Source: an uncultured Dehalococcoidia bacterium
GTDB lineage: Bacteria; Chloroflexota; Dehalococcoidia; Lucifugimonadales; Lucifugimonadaceae
DNA: 64,000 nt
Assembly (NCBI GenBank): GCA_913052475.1
Contig: CAJXEJ010000007.1
Span: 911 to 64,910, forward strand
Reading direction: 5' to 3'
The position numbers and the translations under genes are program-made. The notes beneath the pieces are model-generated. The model saw nothing but the letters and a program-made list of their open reading frames with translations. It was not told the origin of the DNA and did not search any database. Positions within the stretch are counted from its first letter, which is position 1. Every line of letters begins with the position of its first letter. Below, piece after piece: positions 61,818 to 64,000 of the stretch.

Positions 61818-61839
61818 CTCCCTCCCTATCAAGGGAGGG
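61818..61839. terminator. Hairpin between convergent genes
   Basis: CCCTCCCT-ATCA-AGGGAGGG. Confidence 0.5.
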
Positions 61840-61914
61840 CCGACAGTAGTCAGTGGAAGCTCGTCATATTTCAGCGGGAATTCCCAAAACTTGCAGAAAA
61901 CGTTCCAATGCACC

Positions 61915-63213
61915 TCACGGCTTGACCATTGAACCGTCGGCTCGGCGGACAGTGTCCCAGGCTCCCCCAAATTCACGCTCTTTGAACGGGAATTTGGCCG
62001 CCAAGTCTTCATCGATATCTATACCGAGACCCGGCTCGCCGTTCGACCACATCATGCCGTCTTTCAGCGTTGGCGTACCCGGGAACATCTCGCGTGTTCG
62101 TTCCGAAGGAATGTTGGCTTCTTGGATACCAAAATTATAGGTGTTCAGGTTCAGCATCATGTTCGCAGCGTGACCCACAGGCGAAGTATCACCAGGACCG
62201 TGCCAGGCAGTTCGAACATTATAAAGTTCACCCATTGCTGCGATCTTACGGGCAGGCGTGATGCCACCGATCTGAGACATGTGAATTCGGATGAAGTCCA
62301 TCAATCGATTCTCAATCATTGGAATTACTTCGTGGGGGCTGTTGTGCAGCTCGCCCATGGCGATTGGAGTAGCGCACTGCTCGCGAACCATTTTGAAGTA
62401 GGCCTGATCCTCTGGGCTGAACAAATCTTCGAGGAAGAACAACTGGTACTTCTCGACCTCTTTGGCGAACCAAACACCGAGAATCGGTGGAATGCGTTCG
62501 TGAACGTCGTGAAGAATTTCCAATCCATATCCGAAGCGATTTCGAATGTACTCGAATAGTCCTAATGCTGATCGCATGTACGGCTTGGGTTCATAGACGC
62601 CACCCGGGTGCGCGTAGAGTTTGTCTTTGGCGTATTCACGCAGCCAATCTGTGTTGGCAATAGGCCCTTCGAGCGTGTTCTGGTTACTTGCCGTGCCGGT
62701 GCCGGTCGCTGCGCCTCTATTGCCGTAGGTTGCGTAGCCGGGAGTCGACATCTGTACTCGGATGTGGTGGAAGCCTTGCTCCACGAACTCCTGCACCTTG
62801 TCGCCGACTTCTTCGTGCGATTCGCCCGAGGTGTGAACGTAAACAGGAGCTGCTACACGCGCTCGACCGCCAAGCAAATCGTAAACCGGCATGCCGGCCA
62901 TCTTGCCCTTGATGTCCCAGAGTGCCTGGTCGACGCCAGATAGTGCGTTGTTGAGCACGGGACCGTTGCGCCAGTAGGACGAAACGTACGATGACTGCCA
63001 GATGTCCTCGATATCGGCAACGTTACGCCCGATCAGGAAGGGTTTCAGGTAGTCGTCAACGGCCGCTGCGACGGCGGTGGGTCTCTGGGTAAAGGTTGCG
63101 CAGCCGACGCCGTGAAGGCCGGGTTCTGAAGTTTCGATCTTGACGATTACAAGCCGGATTTGATCCGGCTCGGTGAGAATTGTCTTGATATCTCGAATCG
63201 TTACATTGCTCAT
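61915..63213 (-). CDS. RspA/ManD-type enolase superfamily dehydratase
   Basis: YWRNGPV, HIRVQ, HDVHER, FFLED, MGE, TAWHGPGD. Confidence 0.92.
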   Translation of the reverse strand: MSNVTIRDIKTILTEPDQIRLVIVKIETSEPGLHGVGCATFTQRPTAVAAAVDDYLKPFLIGRNVADIEDIWQSSYVSSYWRNGPVLNNALSGVDQALWDIKGKMAGMPVYDLLGGRARVAAPVYVHTSGESHEEVGDKVQEFVEQGFHHIRVQMSTPGYATYGNRGAATGTGTASNQNTLEGPIANTDWLREYAKDKLYAHPGGVYEPKPYMRSALGLFEYIRNRFGYGLEILHDVHERIPPILGVWFAKEVEKYQLFFLEDLFSPEDQAYFKMVREQCATPIAMGELHNSPHEVIPMIENRLMDFIRIHMSQIGGITPARKIAAMGELYNVRTAWHGPGDTSPVGHAANMMLNLNTYNFGIQEANIPSERTREMFPGTPTLKDGMMWSNGEPGLGIDIDEDLAAKFPFKEREFGGAWDTVRRADGSMVKP

Positions 63214-63491
63214 AAAAAATTTGGCCTGGGTGCTTGGGATGGGGAGTAAAAAATCTTTGGATGCTTGAGTCCAACGGCCAAAGAATTGTACTCGCGGTAA
63301 AAAGAGGTGGAGGGGATTGGAGGATATCTATCCGGTAGCGTCGATTTTTCACACGTTTACGAATGTCAGCTTGCTTGTGGGGAACGTTCGAATTTGAATG
63401 TCGAGGAGGCATTCAGGCTAACTGTAGAGAGTGTGTTGGGAGATGAGCGCTCTGACACCGATTAGATATCAACGACACGGTACGACTGTTC

Positions 63492-64000
63492 CTAAGCATG
63501 CGCCCGGGTCCACTTTCGGAGCGAGGCTTGTTCCTGACGAGGGTTTTGGTGGCGGCCCCATTTGACGTAGGAGACTTCGGCGACGTAGACATCACCCATC
63601 GAGTCTATCGCCATGCTGTGTGGCCAGAGGAACTGGTCGGGCTCGTTGCCGAACGTGGTGGATCCAAAGCGAGTGAGTCGATTGCCGTGTCGATCGTAAA
63701 CACCGACGCGGTTGCCAAGATTTTTATTTCCGCGAGATGGCGAGCCGGTAGTAGGCCCTTGTTCGGCTACGTAAATTCTCACGTCGTTGCCGGTGCCGGT
63801 CACTTCGACGGCCACGGCCTTGTGGGAATTCCATTCGCGTCGGAACTCTCCTTCAATAGAGAACACCTGCACGCGGTAGTTTTCGCGATCGCAAACGACT
63901 ACTTCTTCATCGTCAATTAGTGCCAGGTTGTGAGGCAGATTGAACTCACCGGAATCCGTACCGGATGTACCCCACGACATGATGTGGTTACCGTCTTTGT
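63492..64000 (-). CDS. NHL-repeat protein (PAL-like beta-propeller), partial
   Basis: GEFNLPHNL, CDRENYRVQVF, FLWPHSMAIDSMGDVYVAEV; runs off the window edge. Confidence 0.88.
   Translation of the reverse strand, partial: KDGNHIMSWGTSGTDSGEFNLPHNLALIDDEEVVVCDRENYRVQVFSIEGEFRREWNSHKAVAVEVTGTGNDVRIYVAEQGPTTGSPSRGNKNLGNRVGVYDRHGNRLTRFGSTTFGNEPDQFLWPHSMAIDSMGDVYVAEVSYVKWGRHQNPRQEQASLRKWTRAHA

Noticed and set aside
1..64000. CRISPR array, tRNA/rRNA, transposase, prophage or defence island
   Set aside because: No regularly spaced repeats, RNA-gene signatures or matching protein motifs seen by eye.

Overview
Gene-dense bacterial chromosomal window (GC roughly mid-50s % by eye) with about 50 intact CDS. 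It has no rRNA, tRNA, CRISPR array or recognisable transposase. The gene content suggests a SAR202-like Chloroflexota (Dehalococcoidia) genome, by inference only: five mandelate racemase/enolase-superfamily dehydratases, UxuA, HpcH aldolases, Gfo/Idh/MocA and SDR dehydrogenases, CoA-transferase, GGT and an eRF1-like release factor. Core genes are purE-purK, trpB, glpK and a coxB-A-D-C cytochrome c oxidase operon. Main observations: (1) an OsmC-like gene split by an in-frame TGA exactly at the catalytic Cys position, followed by a SECIS-like hairpin (probable selenoprotein); (2) three tandem, unassignable membrane-anchored paralogs with an invariant C-x20-C-x13-C-x5-C pattern; (3) an A2-type oxidase lacking the K-channel lysine, next to a Cys-rich PAS-LuxR regulator and four copies of a GGTG-N6-CAC(C/T) operator-like motif; (4) an active plus catalytically dead CE7 esterase pair; (5) a HEAT-repeat/sigma-70 region-4 fusion; (6) several decayed genes and two families of short palindromic repeats.
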